Below are positions 48,231-56,865 of a stretch of DNA of 64,000 nt, in pieces (within the stretch, counting starts at the first letter, position 1; each line of letters begins with the position of its first letter). The position numbers were made by a program, and so were the translations under genes. The notes under the pieces are model-generated. The model had not been told where the DNA came from and made no database searches. It was given only the letters and a program-made list of their open reading frames with translations. Origin of the DNA: an uncultured Bacillales bacterium (GTDB lineage: Bacteria; Bacillota_I; Bacilli_A; RFN20; CAG-826); NCBI GenBank assembly GCA_946612115.1, contig CAMOEI010000006.1:11484-75483 (forward strand), read 5' to 3'.

Positions 48231-49055
48231 ATGAAAAATATTAAAGTCAAAAACATTGTTATCAGCATCACTGGAATTGGTGACGATGATTTTGTCAATC
48301 TTACTGATATAGCGAGAATTGTTAACCCAGAGTTTCCTTCTTATGTGGTTAGAAACTGGATGAGATTAAGAGCCACTATTGAATTTTTAGGAATTTGGGA
48401 GAAATTAAACAATGAATATTTTAATTTGACCGAATTCGATCAAATAAAAAATGCTTCAGGATCTAACGCATTTGTTATGACTGCTACAAAATGGGTAAAA
48501 GAAACTAACGCAATCGGAATAAAACCAAGACGTGGTAAATATAGTGAAGGCACTTTTGCTCATCGTGATATTGCGTTAGAATTTGCGTCTTGGATTTCTG
48601 CTGAAGTAAAGCTTTATATTATCAAAGAGTTCCAAAGACTAAAGATTCAAGAATCAGAACAACTTGAATGGCAAGGGAAGAGGTTGTTAACGAAGTTAAA
48701 TTATCTGATTCATACGGATGCCGTTAAGGAATATTTGGTTCCTGTTGAATTATCAAATGAACAAAAGAATTTTATTTATGCTAGTGAAGCAGATCTTTTG
48801 AATGTTGCCCTGTTTGGTAGAACTGCAAAAGAGTGGAGAGATACGAACATAGGCAAAGAAGGCAATATACGAGATTACGCAAATACTATTGAATTAGCGA
48901 TTCTTAGTAACCTTGAATATTTGAATTCAATGCTAATTACGCAAAAACTATCACAACAAGAAAGGCTAGTTATTCTTAATAAAGAAGCAAATAGAGAAAA
49001 AGAACTATTCAATAAGAATAGTGTTAAACCAATTAAGATGATTGAAAAGAAGTAA
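48231..49055 (+). CDS. KilA-N domain protein (phage-associated DNA-binding family)
   Basis: FVNLTDIARIVNPEFPSYVVRNWMRLRATIEFLGIWEKLNN matches the KilA-N signature (...NW.R...T.EFLG.WE..NN). Confidence 0.5.
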   Translation: MKNIKVKNIVISITGIGDDDFVNLTDIARIVNPEFPSYVVRNWMRLRATIEFLGIWEKLNNEYFNLTEFDQIKNASGSNAFVMTATKWVKETNAIGIKPRRGKYSEGTFAHRDIALEFASWISAEVKLYIIKEFQRLKIQESEQLEWQGKRLLTKLNYLIHTDAVKEYLVPVELSNEQKNFIYASEADLLNVALFGRTAKEWRDTNIGKEGNIRDYANTIELAILSNLEYLNSMLITQKLSQQERLVILNKEANREKELFNKNSVKPIKMIEKK

Positions 49056-49184
49056 ACCCCTCGATATTGGTAGGTTTAAATTGATCGATTTCTATCAAAT
49101 TGATAAAGGGGTCGAATTCGACCCCCTATTATCGGAGTCAGGCAGGAATTCATTTACAATGTCGCCGACAAGGTGGATTAATGA

Positions 49185-49226
49185 TTTTAACGCAATCGGA
49201 ATCAGAACAACTTGAATGGCAAGGGA
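49185..49226 (+). pseudogene. mosaic fragment of the KilA-N gene
   Basis: TAACGCAATCGGAAT (matching 48507-48521) fused to CAGAACAACTTGAATGGCAAGGGAA (matching 48656-48680). Sits inside the short ORFs at 49095-49301. Confidence 0.5.
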
Positions 49227-49278
49227 AAATGATGCCCTGCTTGTGTAGAATAACTGAGCAAAATAGAACCTATTTTTT

Positions 49279-49298
49279 TGTGGCACATTTGTGACAAC
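49279..49298 (+). promoter_or_regulatory. conserved direct-repeat operator TGTGGCACA-TT-TGTGACAAC (copy 2)
   Basis: ~35 bp upstream of the 49333 start. Same element as at 3919, 53782, 54166, 55018 and 62893. Confidence 0.6.
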
Positions 49299-49332
49299 CA
49301 ATGTGTTAGGATTTATTTAGCAAAGGAGAACT

Positions 49333-49626
49333 TTGACAATGAGAAAAGATTTACTAAAAGGTTTAACTGAAGAACAAGTTAAAAAAGTTGAATCATGCAA
49401 AAACCAAGATGAAATTTTAGCGTTAGCAAAAGCCGAAGGCGTTGAATTAACCGAAGAACAATTAAACGCGATTAATGGTGGATGCGGAAAAAGCAAAGAA
49501 TGGTATGAAATCGATGAGATGCAATGCCCAGAATGTTTAAATAGACACTGCATGGAAAAAGTTTCTGATGCTTGGTATAGATGCAAGTGGTGTAACAAAA
49601 TCACGGTCAACAAAAATCTCGAATAA
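49333..49626 (+). CDS. Nif11-type double-glycine leader peptide precursor with Cys-rich core (paralogue 2)
   Basis: Leader MTMRKDLLKGLTEEQVKKVESCKNQDEILALAKAEGVELTEEQLNAINGG. Core CGKSKEWYEIDEMQCPECLNRHCMEKVSDAWYRCKWCNKITVNKNLE. RBS AAAGGAGAA. Terminator at 49641-49666. Confidence 0.8.
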   Translation: MTMRKDLLKGLTEEQVKKVESCKNQDEILALAKAEGVELTEEQLNAINGGCGKSKEWYEIDEMQCPECLNRHCMEKVSDAWYRCKWCNKITVNKNLE

Positions 49627-49698
49627 TCAAAATGACGAAACAACCGAGTGAATGGCTCGGTTTTTCTTATACAAGAAAAGTGTGTTATAATATCATAG

Positions 49699-51006
49699 AT
49701 GAGAAGAAGTAATTTATTTAGTTTAGTTTCTTTATCAATTGTCACTATATTAACGAGTTGTCAATCCGCTTCTGCGATTAAAGTCCCTTTTGATACTGGA
49801 GAGAATATTAAAGTTAATGGCTACACATTAAGACAGGCTGTTGTTTTAAGCAGACACAACATCCGTTCTCCATTAAGTGAACCAGGATCTATTTTAAATA
49901 GATTAACTCCACATTCTTGGTATCCATGGTCTTCTAAAGCTGGAGAACTATCCTTAAAAGGTGGGGCGTTAGAAACTGAAATGGGCCATTATTTTAGAAA
50001 GTGGCTTGAAGATAGTAAATTATTTCCACTTAACTATCATCCAAGCGGAGAAGAAGTAAGAATCTATGCGAATGCGAAACAAAGAACCATCGCTACTGCG
50101 AATTATTTTTCTACCGCTTTACTTCCTAGCGCGGACATCGATGTTGAAGTAAAAGTTCCTTACGATACGATGGATCCAGTTTTTAACCCGCAGATGACTT
50201 TTTTAAGCGATTCATATATCAAAGCTGCTAAAGATGAAATCTTTGCTAATTATGGAGATGATATCGAAGGGCTTAAAGATGAATATGCTTTATTAAAAGA
50301 TGTTCTTTCTTTTAAGAAATCTGAAGCATATTTAAGTGGAGAATTTACTGATTTTAGATTAGATGACACTGAATTAGAATACGTGATGAATAGAGAACCA
50401 ATTATGAGCGGTTCATTAAGTATTGGAGTTCTCGCTAGCGATGCTTTAGTGCTTCAACATTATGAAGAAATAGATAACGCCAAATCAGCGTTTGGTAAAA
50501 ATCTTTCCTTTAAGCAGTGGCAAGATATTTGTCGTATTAAAGACACATATATGAAAGTTAATTTCTTCTCCCCTTTAGTGTCTTTAATGGTTGCTCATCC
50601 ATTATTAGAAGAAATTGAAAAAGAATTAACTAATGATGAACGTAAATTCTCTTTCTTATGTGGTCATGATTCTAATTTAGGTACATTACTTACATCTTTA
50701 GATGTTAAGGAATATGAATTAGTTGGTTCAGTGGAAAGCGAAACTCCAATTGGTTCAAAGGTAGTATTCTCTACTTTCTCTAATATTCATGATGAAGAGT
50801 TTGTTCGCGCTGATCTGGTATATCAAAATGTTGATTATTTAAGAAATGTCACCTTACTTGATTTAGACACTCATCCAAGTGTCACTCCTTTATATTTCAA
50901 TGGATTAACCATGAATGAAGATGGGTTATATAGAAAAGATGAGTTTGTTTCCCATCTCCATAATAGTGTCCTTGAATACGATAGAATCGTAGAAAGGTAC
51001 TCATAA
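49699..51006 (+). CDS. histidine acid phosphatase family lipoprotein (glucose-1-phosphatase/phytase-like)
   Basis: Lipobox LTSC. RHNIRSP (RHGxRxP) catalytic motif and CGHDSN (HD) motif. Own promoter with an extended -10 (TGTGTTATAAT). Confidence 0.8.
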   Translation: MRRSNLFSLVSLSIVTILTSCQSASAIKVPFDTGENIKVNGYTLRQAVVLSRHNIRSPLSEPGSILNRLTPHSWYPWSSKAGELSLKGGALETEMGHYFRKWLEDSKLFPLNYHPSGEEVRIYANAKQRTIATANYFSTALLPSADIDVEVKVPYDTMDPVFNPQMTFLSDSYIKAAKDEIFANYGDDIEGLKDEYALLKDVLSFKKSEAYLSGEFTDFRLDDTELEYVMNREPIMSGSLSIGVLASDALVLQHYEEIDNAKSAFGKNLSFKQWQDICRIKDTYMKVNFFSPLVSLMVAHPLLEEIEKELTNDERKFSFLCGHDSNLGTLLTSLDVKEYELVGSVESETPIGSKVVFSTFSNIHDEEFVRADLVYQNVDYLRNVTLLDLDTHPSVTPLYFNGLTMNEDGLYRKDEFVSHLHNSVLEYDRIVERYS

Positions 51007-51130
51007 AATAATTTATATAGACTTCCTAGTGTCTTTTCTTTTTACGTCATAAGACGTCATATTTTCATATAACTAGAAAAGTTATGAGATAAATATTAAA
51101 ATATTTCTTGCAAAATAAGAGGTAAAAATT

Positions 51131-53728
51131 ATGAGCGATGTCAAATCAACAATTGACTTAATGGTTAAAAAAGGACTTAAGGCCCTTGATGTTTTATCAA
51201 CATTTGACCAAGAAAAAATTGACTATATCGTCGCTAAAATGTCGGTCGCTGGATTAGACCATCACGGCGATTTAGCAAAGCTCGCGGTTGAAGAAACTGG
51301 AAGAGGTGTTTTTGAAGACAAAGCGACAAAAAACTTATTCGCGTGTGAATATGTTGTTAACAACATGAGACACTTAAAAACCGCTGGAATTATTGATGAA
51401 AATCCAGTTACCGGTATTTCTGTAGTTGCAGAACCAGTTGGAGTTATCTGCGGAGTGACACCTGTCACTAACCCAACTTCAACAGTGATCTTTAAATCAT
51501 TAATCGCGATTAAAACAAGAAACCCAATTATCTTTGGTTTCCATCCAAAAGCCCAACAATGTTCTAAAGAAGCCGCTAAAGTGATGCTTGAAGCCGCTAT
51601 TAAAGCTGGTGCACCAGAAAACTGCATTCAATGGATTGAAGAACCATCAATTGATGCGACTAGAGAATTAATGAATCACCCTGATGTGGCGACTATTTTA
51701 GCTACTGGTGGACCAGGAATGGTTAAAGCTGCTTATACATCTGGTAAACCAGCCATGGGTGTTGGCCCTGGTAATGTTCCAGTTTATGTTGATAAAACCG
51801 CGAATATTGAAAGGGCGGTCAATGATATTTATATCTCTAAGTCATTTGATAATGGAATGATTTGTGCTTCTGAATCAGTGGCATTTGTTCATAAAGATAT
51901 CTACGATGAATTCGTTAAGAAATTAAAAGAATATACAGTCTATTTCGCTAGTAAAGAAGAGCAGCAAAAACTAAGCGATTACATGTTTAAAACTCATAAG
52001 GGCGATAAAGATGTCAAACTTGCCGCACTTAACGCGGATGTCGCTGGAATGGATGTTGTAAAAATCGCTAAAAATTCTGGATTTGAAGTTCCAGAAAACA
52101 CCAAAATCATCGCTGTGAAATTAGATGAAATTGGAGAAAACGAACCTCTTTCTAGAGAAAAATTATGTTCAGTATTAGGAATATACAAAGTCAAAGATGA
52201 AGAAGAGGGGCTAGAGCTCAGTGAAAAACTCCTTGAGTTTGGAGGATTAGGACACTCTGCAGCGATTCATTCTCAAAACGAAGAACTTGTTAAAAAGTTC
52301 GGAGATAAGATGAAAGCTATTAGAATCATTTGGAATTCTCCTTCCACATTTGGAGGAATTGGTAATATTTATAACTCATTCCTTCCATCACTAACCCTAG
52401 GATGTGGAACATACGGAGGAAACTCAGTCGGAGGAAATGTTTCCGCGGTCAACTTAATCAACTATAAACAAATCGGAAAAAGGAGAAACACCATGCAATG
52501 GTTCAAAGTACCACAAAAGATCTATTTTGAAAGAAATTGTATCCAATACTTACGTTCATGTAAGACTGTTGGTAAAGTTTTCATCGTTACTGATAAGAGC
52601 ATGGTGGAATTAGGTTTCTTAAAGAAAATCATTGATGAATTAGAAGCTAGAAGAAATCCAGTGACTTATCAACTCTTCTCTGATGTTGAACCAGATCCAG
52701 ACATCAAAACAGTCATGAAGGGTGTTGAACTAATGAATCAATTCAAACCTGATACGATTATCGCTTTAGGTGGTGGTTCTCCAATGGACGCTGCTAAGGG
52801 AATGTGGATTTTCTATGAACATCCAGAAATCAACTTTGATGATTTAAAACAAAAGTTTATGGATATTCGTAAAAGAGCGTTTAAGTATCCTGAATTAGGA
52901 AGAAAGACCAAATTAATTTGTATTCCAACGACTTCAGGTACTGGTAGTGAAGTCACTCCATTTGCGGTTATCTCTGATAAGGAGAATAAAAAGAAATATC
53001 CTCTCGCGGATTATTCTTTAACTCCATCAATTGCAATTATCGATGCAGAATTCACCACCAATATTCCTCCAAAAGCTACTGCTCAAACAGGATTAGATGT
53101 CTTAACTCACGCTATTGAAGCTTATACTTCCGTTATGGCGAGCGACTATACTGATGGCTTAGCGTTACAAGCTATCTCATTAGTTTTTGAATATCTACCA
53201 CGCGCTGTTAAAGATGGTAGAAATGATTTAGAAGCTAGAGAAAAGATGCATAACGCTGCTACTATTGCGGGTATGGCGTTTGCAAATGCTTTCTTAGGTA
53301 TTGTTCACTCTCTTGCTCATAAAGTAGGGGCGGAGTTCCATACAGTGCACGGAGAAACCTGTGGAATCTTATTACCACATGTCATTAGATATAACGGCAC
53401 TCAACCTTCTAAACTCGCTGTCTGGCCAAAATATGAAACATATTGCTGCGATAAGAAATATCAAAAGATTTGTCAGACTATTGGATTAAAATGCGATAAG
53501 AAAGAAGACGCGAAAGATGTCTTATCTAATGCAGTACTTAAACTTGGAAAAGACATTGGCATTGATATGAATTTGTGTGCGATTATTCCAAACGAAGAAG
53601 AATTCATGTCCAAGATTGAAGAATTATCTTATCTTGCTTATGAAGATCAATGTACCCCTGCTAATCCTAGAGAACCACTTGTTTCTGACATGATGGAAAT
53701 CTTAAAAAAAGCTTATAAAGGAAACTAA
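51131..53728 (+). CDS. adhE: bifunctional acetaldehyde-CoA / alcohol dehydrogenase
   Basis: 865 aa. N-terminal aldehyde dehydrogenase domain plus C-terminal iron-containing alcohol dehydrogenase domain (GGGSPMDAAK, HSLAHKVG). Confidence 0.95.
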   Translation: MSDVKSTIDLMVKKGLKALDVLSTFDQEKIDYIVAKMSVAGLDHHGDLAKLAVEETGRGVFEDKATKNLFACEYVVNNMRHLKTAGIIDENPVTGISVVAEPVGVICGVTPVTNPTSTVIFKSLIAIKTRNPIIFGFHPKAQQCSKEAAKVMLEAAIKAGAPENCIQWIEEPSIDATRELMNHPDVATILATGGPGMVKAAYTSGKPAMGVGPGNVPVYVDKTANIERAVNDIYISKSFDNGMICASESVAFVHKDIYDEFVKKLKEYTVYFASKEEQQKLSDYMFKTHKGDKDVKLAALNADVAGMDVVKIAKNSGFEVPENTKIIAVKLDEIGENEPLSREKLCSVLGIYKVKDEEEGLELSEKLLEFGGLGHSAAIHSQNEELVKKFGDKMKAIRIIWNSPSTFGGIGNIYNSFLPSLTLGCGTYGGNSVGGNVSAVNLINYKQIGKRRNTMQWFKVPQKIYFERNCIQYLRSCKTVGKVFIVTDKSMVELGFLKKIIDELEARRNPVTYQLFSDVEPDPDIKTVMKGVELMNQFKPDTIIALGGGSPMDAAKGMWIFYEHPEINFDDLKQKFMDIRKRAFKYPELGRKTKLICIPTTSGTGSEVTPFAVISDKENKKKYPLADYSLTPSIAIIDAEFTTNIPPKATAQTGLDVLTHAIEAYTSVMASDYTDGLALQAISLVFEYLPRAVKDGRNDLEAREKMHNAATIAGMAFANAFLGIVHSLAHKVGAEFHTVHGETCGILLPHVIRYNGTQPSKLAVWPKYETYCCDKKYQKICQTIGLKCDKKEDAKDVLSNAVLKLGKDIGIDMNLCAIIPNEEEFMSKIEELSYLAYEDQCTPANPREPLVSDMMEILKKAYKGN

Positions 53729-53781
53729 GATAAGTAATATCAAGAATATATCGTTACATATAATGTAACGATTTTTCTTTT

Positions 53782-53800
53782 TGTGACACATTTGTGGCAA
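53782..53800 (+). promoter_or_regulatory. conserved direct-repeat operator TGTGACACA-TT-TGTGGCAA (copy 3)
   Basis: ~40 bp upstream of the ATG at 53842. Confidence 0.6.
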
Positions 53801-53841
53801 TAAAGATGTTAAATTATGTTTACCAAAGGAGAACTTTGAAT

Positions 53842-54123
53842 ATGAAACAAGAATTATTAAAAGGATTAAGCGAAGAACAAATCGCTAAAATTAAATCGTG
53901 TAAGAACAGTGAAGATTTACTTTCCTTAGCAAAAGTTGAAGGAGTAGAACTTACTGATGAACAACTTTCCGCGATCAGTGGAGGAGGATGTTTCTCGACG
54001 ATTAAATGTCCAAAATGTGGATGTACAAAGCATTATAAAGAAGAAAAGTATGTTGGAACAGCTGGAGCCTCTACAATAACAACTTATACTTGTAAAGATT
54101 GCGGATATAAGTGGATCGAATAA
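53842..54123 (+). CDS. Nif11-type double-glycine leader peptide precursor with Cys-rich core (paralogue 3)
   Basis: Start at the internal ATG 53842, which has RBS AAAGGAGAA (the track ORF starts at 53794). Leader MKQELLKGLSEEQIAKIKSCKNSEDLLSLAKVEGVELTDEQLSAISGGG. Core CFSTIKCPKCGCTKHYKEEKYVGTAGASTITTYTCKDCGYKWIE. Terminator at 54143-54165. Confidence 0.8.
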   Translation: MKQELLKGLSEEQIAKIKSCKNSEDLLSLAKVEGVELTDEQLSAISGGGCFSTIKCPKCGCTKHYKEEKYVGTAGASTITTYTCKDCGYKWIE

Positions 54124-54165
54124 ACTCGTTTATAGTATTAAGAAGCCCTTTGGGCTTTTTATTTT

Positions 54166-54185
54166 TGTGGCACATTTGTGACAAC
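54166..54185 (+). promoter_or_regulatory. conserved direct-repeat operator TGTGGCACA-TT-TGTGACAAC (copy 4)
   Basis: The 70 bp upstream of 54220 are identical to the region upstream of paralogue 1. Confidence 0.6.
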
Positions 54186-54219
54186 CGTTATGATAAATTA
54201 AAGACAACAAAGGAGAACT

Positions 54220-54513
54220 TTGAATATGAAAAAAGAATTACTTAAAGGATTAACTGAAGAACAAGTTAGAAAAGTTAAGGCCTGCAAAAATAGTGAAGAA
54301 TTATTATCTTTAGCAAAGAGCGAAGGTATTGAATTAACCGATGAACAACTCGCTGCGGTCAGTGGTGGAGGATATTGTAGAAGCACTCCAACATTCGTCT
54401 GCCCAAAATGTGGCTCAGGAAAAATCAAAACCAAATATAACGAAAACTCCATTAATGAGTGGTATAACAATACCTGCCAAGATTGTGGATTCGTTTGGAT
54501 TGTTGACGCTTAG
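54220..54513 (+). CDS. Nif11-type double-glycine leader peptide precursor with Cys-rich core (paralogue 4)
   Basis: Leader is identical to paralogue 1 except S/T and K/E changes. Core GYCRSTPTFVCPKCGSGKIKTKYNENSINEWYNNTCQDCGFVWIVDA. Terminator at 54538-54563. Confidence 0.8.
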   Translation: MNMKKELLKGLTEEQVRKVKACKNSEELLSLAKSEGIELTDEQLAAVSGGGYCRSTPTFVCPKCGSGKIKTKYNENSINEWYNNTCQDCGFVWIVDA

Positions 54514-54614
54514 TATTTAATAAAATAACTTAGAATCGCCACTAAAAAAGTGGCTTTTCTTTTGCAATAAAAAATGAGATGAAATCTCACCTCATTTATT
54601 TTCAATAAAACTTA

Positions 54615-54947
54615 TTAGTCGTTACCGGCGATTAAACCGAATAATCCGCCTAAGAAATAGAAGATGTTCGCTCCAATAATGCCACAAATAAGGAAGAAAA
54701 CATCCCATCCTTTGCTGGTTCCTTTTTTCTTCGCTCTTCTAACCATGGAAATTGTGATGATTCCAACTAAGAAGATGATGATGAAGTACACTAAGGTGCC
54801 AACAGTGAATTGTGACATATCAATATTTGGAATTTGAACATGTGCAATGTTAAGACTGCAGAAGACAATACCAGCAATACTAACTAAGACTAGTAACCAG
54901 GTAAAGAAGTTTGCAATGCTATACATTACCGCAGAAGCTTTATGCAT
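54615..54947 (-). CDS. small polytopic membrane protein (110 aa, 3-4 TM)
   Basis: Hydrophobic helices and a basic loop (RRAKKKGTSKG). Convergent with the peptide gene pair. Confidence 0.5.
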   Translation of the reverse strand: MHKASAVMYSIANFFTWLLVLVSIAGIVFCSLNIAHVQIPNIDMSQFTVGTLVYFIIIFLVGIITISMVRRAKKKGTSKGWDVFFLICGIIGANIFYFLGGLFGLIAGND

Positions 54948-55017
54948 AATTATCTCTCCTTTTAAATACTTTATAAGTATATATCAAAATCTATGAATGT
55001 TTACACTTTTTCAAAAG

Positions 55018-55034
55018 TGTGGCACTTTTGTGCG
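55018..55034 (+). promoter_or_regulatory. variant direct-repeat operator TGTGGCAC-TTT-TGTGCG (copy 5)
   Basis: ~45 bp upstream of the ATG at 55078. Confidence 0.45.
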
Positions 55035-55077
55035 TTATATTTGTTAGAATAGTTCGACCTTCATGGAGGAAGTATCA

Positions 55078-55740
55078 ATGTTTTCAAAGAAAATAATAAT
55101 TACAACAGCCTTAGTTGGCACCTCACTTGCCTTAGTTGGCACATTAATCGGTACAAATACGTTTGCATTTACTATTTCAAGAGCCGCTGCAACAGATAAA
55201 GATTTTACTTTTAACCAAAGTGTTGCAAGCAAAGTTACATATAGCGGTAGTCCAACAAATCCTGTAGTAAGCAATGTGACCACTGATGTTAGCACTCCTA
55301 TATCTGTAAAATTCTATAGAGAATCCGCGCCTAGTGGTGCATACAGTCCTGGTCCTGGCGAAAACGGCTCTTTTCTTTATGATAAATTTTCATGCGAGAA
55401 GACTTATGCATTTGAAGCCGGGATTAATAATCTAACTAAATTTGAGATACAATTTAAATACATTTATAGCAGCGAAATTTACGATGATTTCGACGATCAC
55501 TTTAATTATAATGTGCAGTTGACTTTCTATAATGGTAACACAGTTGTCGATACTGCATATTATTCATCTGATAGAACTACTAAGGGAGTAATTTATACCC
55601 ATACTTGGGATAAGAGCGGCGAAGTTAGTCAGAAGATTGATTATTTTAAATGTACGTTATATAGCGGAGGCGGCGGAGGAGGAAGAGATACATTTAGAGA
55701 ACTGTTCCTCTATTACTATAAAGTTTGGTGGAGCTGCTAA
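55078..55740 (+). CDS. secreted hypothetical protein (220 aa)
   Basis: ATG at 55078 with RBS GGAGGAAG (the track start at 55063 falls in the RBS region). N-terminal signal peptide MFSKKIIITTALVGTSLALVGTLIGTNTFA. Gly-run near the C-terminus. Confidence 0.5.
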   Translation: MFSKKIIITTALVGTSLALVGTLIGTNTFAFTISRAAATDKDFTFNQSVASKVTYSGSPTNPVVSNVTTDVSTPISVKFYRESAPSGAYSPGPGENGSFLYDKFSCEKTYAFEAGINNLTKFEIQFKYIYSSEIYDDFDDHFNYNVQLTFYNGNTVVDTAYYSSDRTTKGVIYTHTWDKSGEVSQKIDYFKCTLYSGGGGGGRDTFRELFLYYYKVWWSC

Positions 55741-55776
55741 CTCTTAAAATAGAACCCTTCAATCTAGGGTTCTTTT

Positions 55777-56724
55777 TTGTTATTATGTTTTAAGAATATG
55801 AAAGCGGACGACAAAAAGACAAAAGCTTTTTATATCGTTGGATTAACTAGTGGAATTTTAGCGATTGTTTTCTGCTTGATTTCTATTGGTCTATCAGTGG
55901 TTAATAACTATGTTGGGATTTATACGTTGTCAACCGCGTTAACGATGTTAGGTGTTAACCGTATTGGTTTCCACGTTAGCAATGTTAAGGAGAATATGTT
56001 CGAGAATATCTTCTTAACTGTTTTCATCTTTATATTGGCAGTATTAGTTGGATTAACCAAATATGGAATATACTTCCTTATTTCTTCTATGTTCTTATAT
56101 TCTCTTACAGTCATCGCAGCGAGAATGTTAAAGATTAAAGAAGATCATTCTACTCAATCGATTGTTTTTAATGTTTTAAGTTCAGCGTTTTGTTTCTTAT
56201 TTTCTTTTGTGTTTTTCTTCCCTGAGATTTACGCAAAACACGCGACCAGTGTTAGCAATTCAAACTTCATCGTTTTCTGCTTCTCAATAATGATTATTAT
56301 TTCTAGTAGCAAAAACGTTTTATTCCCATATCACAAAACTTTGAAGATTAATGTCATTACTAAAGTTATTAAGAAGTCTCTTGTTTATGAAATCATCTTA
56401 GCGTTATTAATTCTTGTTATTTTGTGCTCCATATATTTCACTCTTGTGGAACCAAATATGACAAGCTATGTTGACGCCTTATGGTATTCGTTCTCAGTTA
56501 TCACAACGATTGGATTCGGAGATGTTGCAGTCACCACAACTTTAGGAAGAATTCTATCAATTATTTTAGGTGTCTGTGGAATCGTAGTGGTGGCCTTATT
56601 CACCTCGGTTATTGTTAACTTCTACAATGAGATGAACAAGAAAAGAGAACTAAAAGAAATTGAAAAGGCTGTTGAGAAAGCCGGACAAAAAGAAGAAGAT
56701 AAAGAGCAAGAAAAATCGAAATAA
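55777..56724 (+). CDS. potassium channel (Ion_trans_2 family)
   Basis: Selectivity filter TTIGFGDV, multiple TM helices, charged C-terminal tail. Exact start is uncertain (MKADD at 55798 is also possible). Confidence 0.75.
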   Translation: MLLCFKNMKADDKKTKAFYIVGLTSGILAIVFCLISIGLSVVNNYVGIYTLSTALTMLGVNRIGFHVSNVKENMFENIFLTVFIFILAVLVGLTKYGIYFLISSMFLYSLTVIAARMLKIKEDHSTQSIVFNVLSSAFCFLFSFVFFFPEIYAKHATSVSNSNFIVFCFSIMIIISSSKNVLFPYHKTLKINVITKVIKKSLVYEIILALLILVILCSIYFTLVEPNMTSYVDALWYSFSVITTIGFGDVAVTTTLGRILSIILGVCGIVVVALFTSVIVNFYNEMNKKRELKEIEKAVEKAGQKEEDKEQEKSK

Positions 56725-56865
56725 TCAGTATTTTTTCGCTCAAAACGCCATTTATTTGTAAATTTTTTGAATTTTGACGAATTAGTGAACAACATTTTAT
56801 ATGTTTAACAATTCAATTTTTATAGTAAAATTTATTTCGTTAGATTATAGAGGTTAGTTATTAAT

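Noticed and set aside
49095-49301. Overlapping 64- and 68-aa ORFs between the KilA-N gene and peptide paralogue 2
   Set aside because: The region is a hairpin plus a mosaic KilA-N gene fragment. The ORFs have no RBS and start inside the remnant.
54166-54185. Sigma-54 (-24 TGGCAC / -12 TTGC) promoter interpretation of the conserved motif
   Set aside because: The GG to GC spacing is off (AC or CG at the required -12 position). Half the copies have GA instead of GG in the first element. Direct-repeat regulator sites fit better.
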